DNA from: Candidatus Bathyarchaeia archaeon
GTDB taxonomy: Archaea; Thermoproteota; Bathyarchaeia; Bathyarchaeales; Bathycorpusculaceae
NCBI GenBank assembly: GCA_038727135.1
Contig: JAVYWL010000002.1
Coordinates: forward strand, 160,001 to 224,000
Direction: 5' to 3'
Length of the DNA stretch: 64,000 bases
Part shown: positions 37,867-47,818 of the stretch, piece by piece
Numbering within the stretch: position 1 is the first letter of the stretch
Layout: every line of letters starts with the position of its first letter
Made by a program: the position numbers and the translations under genes
The notes under the pieces: model-generated
The model's database searches: none
What the model was told of the DNA's origin: nothing
The model's input: only the letters and a program-made list of their open reading frames with translations

Positions 37867-38526
37867 ACCGCGATTTTTCCTAAAATACTTGGTTTTTAAG
37901 GCTAGAATTTCCCTTTTCAGCCTTGTTCCCAAAGGTATGGCTTTGCCGAAGGGTTCGCACAGCCCTTTGCTTATTGCTTTAACAACCTCCTCACAGTTGA
38001 GTTCAGCGTCCACCAGAGTGTATGCCAAGCCTATTTCTGGGGCGTAGTGGGCGTCACTGCCGCCAACCTGCGGAACCCCAAGGTTTTTGGCCATTTCCAA
38101 CGCTTGCTTTGTGGAACGTTTGAAGGGGAAAGCCGAAGCATTCACGACCTCTACAGCATCAAATTTCTTGTCCGCTTTCCGTCTAAGACTTGCCTTGAAA
38201 AAGGCTTTTGGGTGGCATGCAATAGCTAACCCGCCGAGGCTATGGATTCTTTCTATGGTTTCTTCTGCTGTTAGTTTTTTGGGGACAATCTCTTGGATGT
38301 TCAGCCCGATTATGTGGCCTTCTAGGCTTGAGACCTCTATGCCTGGTATAATTAGCAGGTCTGCCACTTTTTTTGCTAGTTTTAACGCTCCGTCAACTGT
38401 GTCGTGGTCTGTTATGGCTATTCCGTTTAATTCAGCCCTTTTGGCGTAAATGGCAAGCTCCTTTGGTTTTATTAGTCCATCATAGGAGTAGTATGTGTGG
38501 ACGTGGAGGTCTACTTTAATTTTCAG
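37837..38526 (-). CDS. PHP-domain phosphoesterase (probable CTG start)
   Basis: The frame extends upstream of the track ORF to KVDLHVHT.YS.DG and AITDHD; also GIE, CHP, GSDAH. Confidence 0.85.
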   Translation of the reverse strand: MKIKVDLHVHTYYSYDGLIKPKELAIYAKRAELNGIAITDHDTVDGALKLAKKVADLLIIPGIEVSSLEGHIIGLNIQEIVPKKLTAEETIERIHSLGGLAIACHPKAFFKASLRRKADKKFDAVEVVNASAFPFKRSTKQALEMAKNLGVPQVGGSDAHYAPEIGLAYTLVDAELNCEEVVKAISKGLCEPFGKAIPLGTRLKREILALKTKYFRKNRGSCSNNDGFC

Positions 38527-38532
38527 AGGTTT

Positions 38533-40227
38533 TCACTTCGCCATTGCCTTTCTAACTTTCTCCAACATTTCGTCAAGCTTTTTCTCGTCAGCCTCTATTT
38601 TGCGGAAAAGCGGCTTAGCCTCGGCTATTTTGTGACCCGCTGGCAAGGGCTTTAGGGCTTCATCCCACCTTTGCTCGTGAACGCTTCCCGGCAAGCTCAA
38701 GGTTTTCCAAAGCTCCTCCGCAGTGAAAGGAATTATTGGGGCTGAAGTTATGGCCAACGCCTTAACTAGTTGGGCAGCCACGTAAATCACGGTTGCGGCC
38801 TTGGCTCTGTCGCTTTTAATTAGGTTCCACGGCTCCTTATCGTTCAAATACTGGTTTCCAAGGCGGCTTATGCCTATAACGCCGTTTGCGGCTGACTGGA
38901 GTCGGCAAGCCTCAAAATCAGCGGCGATTTCGCTAACCTTCTCTTTTAGGGCTTCTAAAACCTTTTTGTCGTCAACGTCTAGTTGGGCTGGTTCTGGAAC
39001 TTGGCTGTTAAACTGCCTATTAATGAAGGATAATGTGCGGTGGATGAAGTTGCCGAAGGTATCGTTTAAGTCAGCATTAATTTTTTCAGCGAAGATTTCC
39101 CAAGAGAAGTTTGAGTCTTTTGTTTCCGGTCTTGTGGCTATTAGGAAATAGCGCCAATAATCAGCTGGGAAAAGCTCCAAGGCTTCGTCAATCCATATGC
39201 CTATCCTAAGGCTTTTTGAGGCTTTTTCGCCCTTAAACTGGAGGAATTCTGTGGCGGAAACGTTCCATGGCAGATTATAATCTTCATGGGAAGCCATCAA
39301 TAGTGCTGGAAAAATTATTGTGTGGAAGGGGATATTGTCCTTCCCAATGAAGTAGAGAGTCTTCGCATTTTTGTCGAACCAGTAGTCTTTCCATCCTTCG
39401 GGTTTTCCACGGTTTTTGAAATACTCTATTGTGGCTGAAACATAGCCTAAAACGGCTTCAACCCAAACATAAATGGTCTTTCCCTCAGCCTCTGGAAATG
39501 GCGCTGGAATCCCCCAGCTGACGTCCCTTGTCACGGCTCTGGGCTTTAATCCTTCCTTTATCAGGTTTAGGCTGAAGTTTTTGGCGTTTGTTGGCAACTG
39601 TCTATTTTCACTTATGTATTTGGCTAGTTTTTCCGAGAACTTTCCAAGGTCAAAGTACCAATGCTTTGTGGCTTTAATGACGGGTTTGCCCTTGCAGATC
39701 ACACAATACGGCTCGATGAGAGCTGTTGGCTCAAGGAGTCTTCCGCAGTTGTCGCATTGGTCTCCGCGGGCTGGTTCATGCCCACAGTAGGGGCATTTTC
39801 CCTCAACAAAGCGGTCTGGAAGAAAACGCTTACATTTTTCGCAGTAAAGCATCCCGGTTTCCTTCGTGAATATGTAGCCGTTCCTGTAAATCTTCATCAA
39901 ATGTTGTTGGACAAACTCCTTGTGCACCGGGCTTTCGGTCCGCGTGTAATTGTCGAAGGATATTCCCCACCTTTTGAAAAGTTCCACAACCCTAGCGTGA
40001 TTTTTATCTGTCAGCTCTTTCGGTTTTACACCAAGCCTTATGGCTTCAACCTCAATGGGGGTTCCATGCTCGTCGGAACCGCTCACCATGACAACATCTT
40101 CGCCCTTAAGCCTATAATAGCGAGCGACAACATCCGCTGAAAGAACAGAACCCACCAAGTTGCCAATGTGCGGCGTCACATTTATGTAGGGCCAAGCCGA
40201 GGTAACCAAAACCTTTCCGAGCGCCAC
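38533..40227 (-). CDS. metG: Methionine--tRNA ligase (no C-terminal OB domain)
   Basis: HIGN, GSDEHG, zinc knuckles, YVW.EA, KASKS. Confidence 0.95.
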   Translation of the reverse strand: MALGKVLVTSAWPYINVTPHIGNLVGSVLSADVVARYYRLKGEDVVMVSGSDEHGTPIEVEAIRLGVKPKELTDKNHARVVELFKRWGISFDNYTRTESPVHKEFVQQHLMKIYRNGYIFTKETGMLYCEKCKRFLPDRFVEGKCPYCGHEPARGDQCDNCGRLLEPTALIEPYCVICKGKPVIKATKHWYFDLGKFSEKLAKYISENRQLPTNAKNFSLNLIKEGLKPRAVTRDVSWGIPAPFPEAEGKTIYVWVEAVLGYVSATIEYFKNRGKPEGWKDYWFDKNAKTLYFIGKDNIPFHTIIFPALLMASHEDYNLPWNVSATEFLQFKGEKASKSLRIGIWIDEALELFPADYWRYFLIATRPETKDSNFSWEIFAEKINADLNDTFGNFIHRTLSFINRQFNSQVPEPAQLDVDDKKVLEALKEKVSEIAADFEACRLQSAANGVIGISRLGNQYLNDKEPWNLIKSDRAKAATVIYVAAQLVKALAITSAPIIPFTAEELWKTLSLPGSVHEQRWDEALKPLPAGHKIAEAKPLFRKIEADEKKLDEMLEKVRKAMAK

Positions 40228-40306
40228 GCACCTCCAACATCAAACTGCTATAAAGTAGAGTAGGGGTTCATGCTTAAAAATTAAATGGAAAAACAGGGGT
40301 TTAGGG

Positions 40307-40915
40307 CTATTTTGATTTTTCTTCCTTCTCTTCCTCTTCAACCCATATGGCTCTGGGTCTTCTTGTAGAGAAGAATATGACCGCGGCAACGATTATGGTG
40401 CAGACAATTACCAGAACCGTTAGTACAGTCAGCAACGTGAGAAGCTTGTCCATGTTCTCCAACAATGTATACGTGTAGGATGTTTCAATAATAGATAGCG
40501 GGATGGCGTTACGAAATTCAGGCGTATACACAACGGATCCAATGGCATATGTAACGACAACTTTAATGTTTCCGCTGTCAGCTCTACCATCTGTTGGAAT
40601 TTCAATATCAGATATTGTCGTATTCCAGTAATGGTCCTTAGATAACACAGCGTTTTGTGCATCTACGGTATAGTTTCCACCCCAGACAAGGCTGTACCAT
40701 GGGAGATAAACTGTAACGTTTTTCAGAACGATCTCGTCTGGTCCCTTATTGTATACCCAGAGTTTTAGGGTTATGGTTTCGCCGGGCATATACTGGAGCT
40801 TGTCCGTATAACCGTAGACTTCAACGTTGGCAATGCATTCTGCCTTCTGAATTAGCATCGGCATCAGTGTTGCTATCATAATTATTGTTAGAGGAAACAG
40901 TATTTTCTTTTCCAA
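40307..40915 (-). CDS. Secreted Ig-like protein with C-terminal TM anchor
   Basis: Signal peptide, TDK.QY.PGE motif, sequons, C-terminal TM. Confidence 0.72.
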   Translation of the reverse strand: MEKKILFPLTIIMIATLMPMLIQKAECIANVEVYGYTDKLQYMPGETITLKLWVYNKGPDEIVLKNVTVYLPWYSLVWGGNYTVDAQNAVLSKDHYWNTTISDIEIPTDGRADSGNIKVVVTYAIGSVVYTPEFRNAIPLSIIETSYTYTLLENMDKLLTLLTVLTVLVIVCTIIVAAVIFFSTRRPRAIWVEEEEKEEKSK

Positions 40916-40984
40916 ATAACCACCGATATGGGTATACGTGGCTGATTGCTTTTAAAACTTGCTAAGTTTTCATCCTTATTCTCG

Positions 40985-42208
40985 CTATTTTGTAGCAGTC
41001 CTATGCTCCACAAAAGCTCTGATTTGCATGATAGATGCGTCTGACTTTATTCCCTTTGGGTTAAAATGGGTTAACGAAGCCTTAAAGCCCTTTTCTCTTA
41101 AGGTTCTAATGAAAACTTTGACGGACGGTACCGGCATGCCCATTTTACTACAGATTTTGTCTAAAACGTAATATGTTGCTGGAGCCGAACACTCATTCTC
41201 AATCAGTAGCAAGATTTTCCTAATCCTAGTTTTCAATTTGAGATTCCTTTTTTCAGCTTCTTTCTCCATTAAAATACAGAAGCTTTTATCGGCTGTATTT
41301 CCAAGCCATAATGGTCCAGCATAATCCATTTTCGAGCCACATTGTGGGCATTTTCCGATGTTTCCAAATGCAACATTTTTGTTTAGGGTTTCCCTATAGA
41401 GGCAGTTGAAGCAGTGGAGGATGTATCCCATGTTTTTGAGGCTTTTGTCTGTGTTTTTTGCGCCGTGAATTAGGACTGCGTAAACGCGTATGTAGTGGTC
41501 TGTGCTGTGGCTGAAAAGCACTTTTATGCCCATCTCATGTTTTGCTGCTGTTGTGGCTAAGCAGCCTATCAATAGCCTAACAGCCAGCTCGTGGCAGTAT
41601 TCCGTTCTGAGGGGTTTCCCGCCGTATTTCCGTAGGCAGGCTTTTGGGTGTACTCCGCATAGGGGGGCCATGTCTGTGGCTGTTAAAGCCAGTAAACCGC
41701 CGTCTCGGGTGGCGCGTATGGCAGAATCCAAGAAGGGCACAGGAGAACCGAAGGGATCTATGTCTATGACGTCGAAGCGTTTCCTTGGCGCGGCATAACG
41801 AGCTAATAGAAGATTAGCATCCTCATTTTTAACGGTCACAATTTTCTCCAGTCTGTTCATTTTCACGTTATATTTTGCAAGCTGGTAAGCCTTCTCGTTG
41901 ATGTCGTTAACCACAACTTTTTTTACGCCATCCACTTCTTTTGCGAATCTTATGCCCCTTATGCCGCATCCCGCCAGTGGCTCACAAATGGAGATTTCAT
42001 GTTTCACCATTTTTTGGTAGGCTTGAACAGCTAGAACAGCTAAGTCTCGGTTTAGCTCCATGACCGGATTGTAGAAGACCGGAGCCTTTGAAGGCGCATA
42101 CTCGCCCGGCTTTTCAATAAAGGCTGAAAGCTTCGGCACAAGCGCCTTAACTTCGCCTTCTTGGACAATTTCTGTTGGAAAATCTATTTTCGGCTTTCCA
42201 CAGCTCAT
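40985..42208 (-). CDS. trm1: tRNA (guanine-26-N2)-dimethyltransferase Trm1
   Basis: VFYNP.M..NRD, GIRGIR, DIDPFGSP, TATD, GPLW.G. Confidence 0.95.
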   Translation of the reverse strand: MSCGKPKIDFPTEIVQEGEVKALVPKLSAFIEKPGEYAPSKAPVFYNPVMELNRDLAVLAVQAYQKMVKHEISICEPLAGCGIRGIRFAKEVDGVKKVVVNDINEKAYQLAKYNVKMNRLEKIVTVKNEDANLLLARYAAPRKRFDVIDIDPFGSPVPFLDSAIRATRDGGLLALTATDMAPLCGVHPKACLRKYGGKPLRTEYCHELAVRLLIGCLATTAAKHEMGIKVLFSHSTDHYIRVYAVLIHGAKNTDKSLKNMGYILHCFNCLYRETLNKNVAFGNIGKCPQCGSKMDYAGPLWLGNTADKSFCILMEKEAEKRNLKLKTRIRKILLLIENECSAPATYYVLDKICSKMGMPVPSVKVFIRTLREKGFKASLTHFNPKGIKSDASIMQIRAFVEHRTATK

Positions 42209-42320
42209 TTCTAACTGGATAAACCTAACAGCCCATATTAGACTTCTGGTTTATGCCTGCGCCCAAAACGTTTTAGCTGTGAATGGATGTTATGATGAAT
42301 AAACAGCAAGGTGAGGTTGA

Positions 42321-43172
42321 TTGAAGGCGTTTATATCCGTTGATTTGGAAGGCATGCCCTACATTGTCACGCCAGGCCACTTGGGTTTAAAAGGAACATT
42401 ATATGAAGAGGCTAGGAAAATAGCCACAAAGGTTACCCTTATAGTCGCCGATGAACTACACAAAAATGGCTTCGAAGAAATTGTTGTGGCAGACAGCCAT
42501 GGTCCAATGGTTAACCTCCATGTGGAAGACTTGCCGGAATACATGGAGATTGTTAGGGGTTTTCCCCGCCCGTTAAGCATGGTTGCCGGCGTTGAAGAAT
42601 GCGACGCCGCTGTTTTTCTTGGGTATCACGCCAAGTTTGGAACAGCGAAATCCTCCTTCGACCACACATATAGCGGCGGGAGCATACGGAAGGTTGAGGT
42701 TAACGGCGTCGAAGTAAGCGAATTCCTCCTGAATGCTTATGTTGCCGGGGAGTTGGGCGTTCCAGTAATAATGGTTGCTGGCGAAGCCCAGCTCATAAAA
42801 GACGATGTTAAAAGGTTTGCTTCATGGGCTGAAACAGTCAGCCTAAAAGACTCTTTGAGCAGAGTTTCCGCCAAAAGCCCAAGCATGACAAGAATTGAGA
42901 AAGAGTTAAGAGAGGCTGCCAAAAGAGCGGCGTCGAATTTTAAGCCTTACGCAGTTGACATGCTACTAACTGCAAAAAAGCCCGTTAACATGCGGATAAC
43001 CTTCCTAGTAAGCCACTTTGCAGACGTCGCTGAACTTTTGCCGACCGCCAAAAGGGTTGACGGCTTAACAGTGGAATACACAGCGCAAAGCATGGTTGAA
43101 GCCTACAAAACTTTTGAATTACTTGCACTTGCAGCAAGCGGAATGTCCGCAATCCTAACACAATTATCATAA
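42321..43172 (+). CDS. M55 D-aminopeptidase (DppA family)
   Basis: ISVDLEG, DSHG, GYHA, HTY, E...N. Confidence 0.92.
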   Translation: MKAFISVDLEGMPYIVTPGHLGLKGTLYEEARKIATKVTLIVADELHKNGFEEIVVADSHGPMVNLHVEDLPEYMEIVRGFPRPLSMVAGVEECDAAVFLGYHAKFGTAKSSFDHTYSGGSIRKVEVNGVEVSEFLLNAYVAGELGVPVIMVAGEAQLIKDDVKRFASWAETVSLKDSLSRVSAKSPSMTRIEKELREAAKRAASNFKPYAVDMLLTAKKPVNMRITFLVSHFADVAELLPTAKRVDGLTVEYTAQSMVEAYKTFELLALAASGMSAILTQLS

Positions 43173-43185
43173 AGGTTGACTAAAA

Positions 43186-43746
43186 TTGCCTAAACGGGTT
43201 CTCCTAATAACTGGAAGCCCGGGCGTTGGAAAAACAACATTATTACTTAAGGTCGTTGAGACTTTAAGGGCTAGAGGCTACAGCGTCGGCGGAATGGTAA
43301 GCCGCGAGGTTCGCTCATGTGGAACACGCGTTGGCTTTGAAATTCTAGATTTAGCTGACAATAACAGACGTGGCTGGCTTGCCCATGTACAGCAGAAAAT
43401 AGGTCCACAAGTGGGCAAATACCGCGTAAATTTGGAAGACTTGAACGGTGTGGGTGTTGAGGCAATTTTAAGGGCGGTTAGGGAATGCGACGTCATAGCT
43501 ATAGACGAGATAGGCCCCATGGAGCTCTTCTCAGAAAATTTTAGGCAGGCAGTTGCAAAGGCTTTGGAAAGCGGCAAACTCGTTATAGCTGTTGTCCACT
43601 GGAAAGCACGCGACAAACTGATAGATGACGCAAAGGCTCGGAAGGACGCCGAAATATTCAGTGTCACCTTTGGAAATAGGGACGAACTGCACAAAGTGAT
43701 TGTGCAAAAAGCCGAAGAATTCTTAAAGGGGGGAGTGAGGCGCTAA
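43186..43746 (+). CDS. Nucleoside-triphosphatase (THEP1 family)
   Basis: TGSPGVGKTT, RVGF, VGKY.V, IDEIGPME. Confidence 0.92.
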   Translation: MPKRVLLITGSPGVGKTTLLLKVVETLRARGYSVGGMVSREVRSCGTRVGFEILDLADNNRRGWLAHVQQKIGPQVGKYRVNLEDLNGVGVEAILRAVRECDVIAIDEIGPMELFSENFRQAVAKALESGKLVIAVVHWKARDKLIDDAKARKDAEIFSVTFGNRDELHKVIVQKAEEFLKGGVRR

Positions 43747-43801
43747 AGCTTTAACCATCCCCCGAGCTTATATTGGATGTAGCGTTTGAAGGAATCCTCC
43801 A

Positions 43802-44464
43802 ATGTTGGTTGCTGGTGTTGATGATGCCGGACGCGGCTCCGTCATAGGACCGCTGGTAATAGCTGGAATCCTAATAGATGAGGGAGACATTCCAAAACTT
43901 GTCCAGCTGGGCGTTAAAGACTCAAAACTTCTCTCGCCCAACAGAAGGGAAACGCTTGCCGTTGAAATTAAGAGCATAGCCAAAAAACACGCCGTTGTGA
44001 AGCTTTCACCATCAGAGATTGACAAGGTTGTGGAGGGGGGCAGAAAACTTTTTAGGCTTAATAGGCTGGAGGCACAGGCAATGGCGAAGGTCATAGAGCT
44101 TCTTAAGCCGGACATCGCCTACGTGGACGCCTCAGACGTTCTGGAGGAACGCTTTAAACAACAGATTCTGGAATACCTACCCTTCAAAGTTGAGATAGTC
44201 TCGGAGCATAAGGCTGACCGTAAATATCCCGTTGTTTCAGCCGCTTCAATAATAGCAAAAGTTGAAAGGGACCGCGAAATAGCAGAGCTGAAAGCCAAGT
44301 ATGGTGACTTCGGATGTGGCTACCCAACAGACCCGAAAACTTTAGCTTTTCTCCGCCGATGCCTAGAAAACTTTAAGGAGTACCCCGATTTTGTCAGAAG
44401 GTCTTGGAAACCAGCCAAAAAGATTAAGCGGGAAAACGACGCGCAGCAGACAAGGCTTGCTTAA
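43802..44464 (+). CDS. rnhB: Ribonuclease HII
   Basis: GVDDAGRG, DSK, HKAD, AASIIAKV.RD, GYP.D. Confidence 0.95.
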   Translation: MLVAGVDDAGRGSVIGPLVIAGILIDEGDIPKLVQLGVKDSKLLSPNRRETLAVEIKSIAKKHAVVKLSPSEIDKVVEGGRKLFRLNRLEAQAMAKVIELLKPDIAYVDASDVLEERFKQQILEYLPFKVEIVSEHKADRKYPVVSAASIIAKVERDREIAELKAKYGDFGCGYPTDPKTLAFLRRCLENFKEYPDFVRRSWKPAKKIKRENDAQQTRLA

Positions 44465-45405
44465 AGCTTGCACAAGTCTTCTGGACTTTTAATTTTTGAA
44501 ATTTCCTCGCTTTTGATGCATGAAATGTCCTCGTCCAGCCGGGGCTTCTGTCCATCTGTCACAAGGACCGGGTGGGCTTGAACAACCCTGCTTAGGCTTA
44601 AAATCTCTTCAACCCTGCGGTTTAATGCTTCCTCCCTGCCGTCTGCAACTCCGCCGATAATCTTCATGTTCTCCTCTGGAACAGTTATGACAAAGTCGAA
44701 GGGCGCCTTCCTAACGGCTACGATATTGTAGCCTGCAAGCTTTCTAAAAATCCTTTGAAGAAGCCTATTTCTGGTTATTATCCGTCTGGCTCTTGCCATA
44801 AGGGTTTTCCGCTGGCTCTTGGGAGCTTCAAAAATGTTAACCGGCTTTGCAACTGGAACGCCCAATGTGCAGAGAAGGTTGTAAGCCACTGTAACTGAGG
44901 CTTTAGCCATGCCCCGCTCATAGCCGTAAAGCGTCCGCCTTGAAATGCCAATTTTCTCGGCAACCTCGCCGACGGATAAGCCCAACTCTTGCCTACGCCT
45001 CTTAATGGCTTCTCCGTCAATTTCTACATAGTAGCCTCCGGGACCAGCCTGAATCAGCGGATAGATGCCCTTCAAAACGATGTTTTTGAAAGTTTTCGGA
45101 GTGATAGCCAAAACATTGTATCTCGAATAAACAGTGTCGTCCTCTAGCGGCTTTTCACGAGTTTTCTCGCTGATGAAGAGGGATGCAGCGGAGACATGCT
45201 CTGAAATTATCCTTAACTCTAGGGAGTCGTACGGGGAGACACATCCAATGTCTGGTTGGACTTTTATGAAAATTAGGGATTCTTCCTTTCTTGCTGCTAT
45301 ATCGAAGCAGCTTGGTCTTGAACAGCACCTCTGGGAGACGGTGAAGCCGCCCTCCCTCAGTATGGCTTCTGCAGCCTTAACTTTCCCCATCTCCCTATAA
45401 GTCAT
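44461..45405 (-). CDS. Archaeal Cro/C1 HTH regulator (COG1395-like)
   Basis: FDIAAR; central HTH LSVGEVAEKIGISRRTLYGYE; APFD. Confidence 0.85.
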   Translation of the reverse strand: MTYREMGKVKAAEAILREGGFTVSQRCCSRPSCFDIAARKEESLIFIKVQPDIGCVSPYDSLELRIISEHVSAASLFISEKTREKPLEDDTVYSRYNVLAITPKTFKNIVLKGIYPLIQAGPGGYYVEIDGEAIKRRRQELGLSVGEVAEKIGISRRTLYGYERGMAKASVTVAYNLLCTLGVPVAKPVNIFEAPKSQRKTLMARARRIITRNRLLQRIFRKLAGYNIVAVRKAPFDFVITVPEENMKIIGGVADGREEALNRRVEEILSLSRVVQAHPVLVTDGQKPRLDEDISCIKSEEISKIKSPEDLCKL

Positions 45406-45469
45406 CGGCTATTCACAAAAGAATTCACGTCGCTCTGAAATATAAAGGATATGCGCCTTTGCTTTCGCT

Positions 45470-46159
45470 TTACCTTTTAGCCACGATCATGGCGTGAGCC
45501 TTATCGTAAGGTTCCAAGTGAACAACATCCTCTATGTTGAAGCCTCTTTCTTCAAGGACGCGAACTTCCCGTTTATAGATTTCAGAGGGCTCCTTTGTGA
45601 CGTCTATGCTTTGGGCTTTCACGGCGAGCATTATCCACCCCGGCTTTTTAAGGAAGAGGTCGGCGTTGTCAGCCAAAATTTTTGCCTGCTCAGGCTGGGC
45701 TATGTCGCAGTATATGTCGTCAACCTTCCCGCGAATAAACATGGCGTATTTTTCTGGAAAGCGTGCATCTTCAAGTATGGGTAGCATGTTAACTCTGTAG
45801 GCGCAGACGTTGTTAACCAGCTCCCTTATGGCTCTCGCTGCAAACTCGACACAGTACACATATCCCTTCTCGCCGACTATGTCGGAGACATGGCTGGCTG
45901 TTGTTCCAGAAGCCGCACCCAAATATAGCACTTGATGGTTGGGTTTTATTGGAACTGCTTTGATTCCTTTGAGGATGGCGGCTGCAAGCTTGCTTCTGAA
46001 CGGGTCCCAAAGGCGGTATTCGGCGCCTTCAAAGCGTATGAGCCGCTCGCCGTAAACGGTTCTTCCGGGCGCTAGGTTTCGCGTTGCAAGTTTTTGGCTT
46101 CCATCCTCCAAGGTAGCTATAAATACTTGGGGAAATTGAGGGTGGGGTTTAACGTGCAT
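45470..46159 (-). CDS. flpA: Fibrillarin-like rRNA/tRNA 2'-O-methyltransferase
   Basis: VYGE, WDPFRSKL, LYLGAASGTT.SH, DIAQP.Q. Confidence 0.95.
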   Translation of the reverse strand: MHVKPHPQFPQVFIATLEDGSQKLATRNLAPGRTVYGERLIRFEGAEYRLWDPFRSKLAAAILKGIKAVPIKPNHQVLYLGAASGTTASHVSDIVGEKGYVYCVEFAARAIRELVNNVCAYRVNMLPILEDARFPEKYAMFIRGKVDDIYCDIAQPEQAKILADNADLFLKKPGWIMLAVKAQSIDVTKEPSEIYKREVRVLEERGFNIEDVVHLEPYDKAHAMIVAKR

Positions 46160-47369
46160 GCCTACCCTTTCTCCACCTTTCTTTGACTTTTGGCTTTTTC
46201 TCCGGCACCTTTGGAGGTTCAGCGTATTTTTGGCGTATTTCCTCAACCCTCTTTTCCAAGTCAGCCCTCAACTCTTCGCCAATGTATCTTCCGCCGAAGG
46301 CGTCGGTTCTAGCGGCTATGGCAAGCTTGCCGGCCAAGGCACGGGCTATTTTGCCCCTCTGCCACTTTTTGGCTTCATGCAGAAAGGCGTGCTGAAAGAT
46401 TATTCCATGTTTTGGAGGCTTGGTTCCAGTTTTAAGCGAGCGGAAAAGCGCCTTTTCAGCGCCTAAGACTTGTAGTGTGCTTGCTGGCATCTTAGCCAAG
46501 TTTGTCAATCCGCCAGCCAAAGCGATGAGACGAGCACCCAGAAGCGCTCCGGTTAAGGCTTTAATGTTGGGGGCAACCTCCTCCATGGCTGAGTCTATGT
46601 AGTCTTCCAGCTTCTGCCTAAGCTCATAAAGGTTCAACACCGTCTTGCCTAAGGCTTGAATTTGGGCTAAGTCAACCTCTGCCAAGTCTGCGCCCATCGA
46701 GGTTTGGGCTGACTTTGCTATCTGCTCAGCCTTCGACTTCGGCAAGCCCTCCTTCTCAAGCCTTTCAGCTGTGAAGTTTTCCCTAATTCCAAGGTTCACG
46801 ACGAGGCGGGCGTAGGTTTCATGCTTCTCTAGTAGGCGGTCAAGCTCTGGAAAGTGAATTCCATACCACTCCCGCACACGGCTCATGAAAAGATTTATTG
46901 TCTTATCCAGATCGTCAAGAGTCTGAATAGCCTGAGCAATTATCAAGTCCCTCTTCTCAACAGCCCTCTTAACCCGTAGTTTGGCGATTTCCATTGTCAC
47001 GCTGTGCGTCCAAACACGGAACTCCTCATAATCCTTAACAAAGCCTGTTTCTATGGCGAATCCTTCTACATTAGAGCGGAGCATTTCGCCAGCTTCAGAA
47101 ACCTTCGAAACCTCAACCTCAACGCCAAACTTTTCCTTAACGTCCACCGCCAGAAGGGGGTTCTCAAAAACAAAAGTGCTGTAGCCCAAGCCTTTCAGAT
47201 GGTTTATGAGGTCGGCAACCTCTTTTACAGCCTTTCCAGACTCTATCTCAACTATCGTTTTCGCAGCTTCATCAGGCTTTTTGCTAAAAAGCGAATGAGC
47301 CACAAGCCTATTACCCTCGTCGAAGGCTAAAACCCCAAACAAAGACTGAATTACTGCCGCCTTCATCAT
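46149..47369 (-). CDS. nop5: Box C/D RNP protein Nop5
   Basis: REWYG.HFPEL, APN, PAST.QVLGAEKALF, PKHG. Confidence 0.95.
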   Translation of the reverse strand: MMKAAVIQSLFGVLAFDEGNRLVAHSLFSKKPDEAAKTIVEIESGKAVKEVADLINHLKGLGYSTFVFENPLLAVDVKEKFGVEVEVSKVSEAGEMLRSNVEGFAIETGFVKDYEEFRVWTHSVTMEIAKLRVKRAVEKRDLIIAQAIQTLDDLDKTINLFMSRVREWYGIHFPELDRLLEKHETYARLVVNLGIRENFTAERLEKEGLPKSKAEQIAKSAQTSMGADLAEVDLAQIQALGKTVLNLYELRQKLEDYIDSAMEEVAPNIKALTGALLGARLIALAGGLTNLAKMPASTLQVLGAEKALFRSLKTGTKPPKHGIIFQHAFLHEAKKWQRGKIARALAGKLAIAARTDAFGGRYIGEELRADLEKRVEEIRQKYAEPPKVPEKKPKVKERWRKGRHAR

Positions 47370-47439
47370 CCAACCTCAGAGTCTAAAATACTATTCTATT
47401 AGGCTTGGATAGATAAAGGATTCTGAAGAGAAATCCGTT

Positions 47440-47712
47440 TCACTTCTTGACACGGCGAATTTCGAAGACAACAGGGTTTTCTGGGTCGGGGCAAGCGTTG
47501 TATATGATGTCCTTATCTTCAGCCCATGGAAACTCCACGCCATAGCGCATGGCATAAACCTTTGGAAGCAAAACCATTAATGCGCTGTAGCATATCTCGC
47601 CCTTAATGGATTTCCCGTCAAAGACTATTTTATCGCCAACTTTGTGCCCAAAGGCGCATTTCCCCTTTTGACTTTTAACAGCAACTTCAATAACAGACAT
47701 AAGGCTATTCAC
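47440..47712 (-). CDS. TIGR04076-like small Cys protein
   Basis: GKC..GHKVGD, IC..AL, CPD. Confidence 0.75.
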   Translation of the reverse strand: MNSLMSVIEVAVKSQKGKCAFGHKVGDKIVFDGKSIKGEICYSALMVLLPKVYAMRYGVEFPWAEDKDIIYNACPDPENPVVFEIRRVKK

Positions 47713-47818
47713 CTCGACATTAAGTGGTTGTCTATCCCCATTTTAGGCTTTTGTTGTTTGAAACTAAACTTTATCTCTTTAAAACGCAATCACTTTAGAA
47801 GCAAGCGGTGAAAACCTG

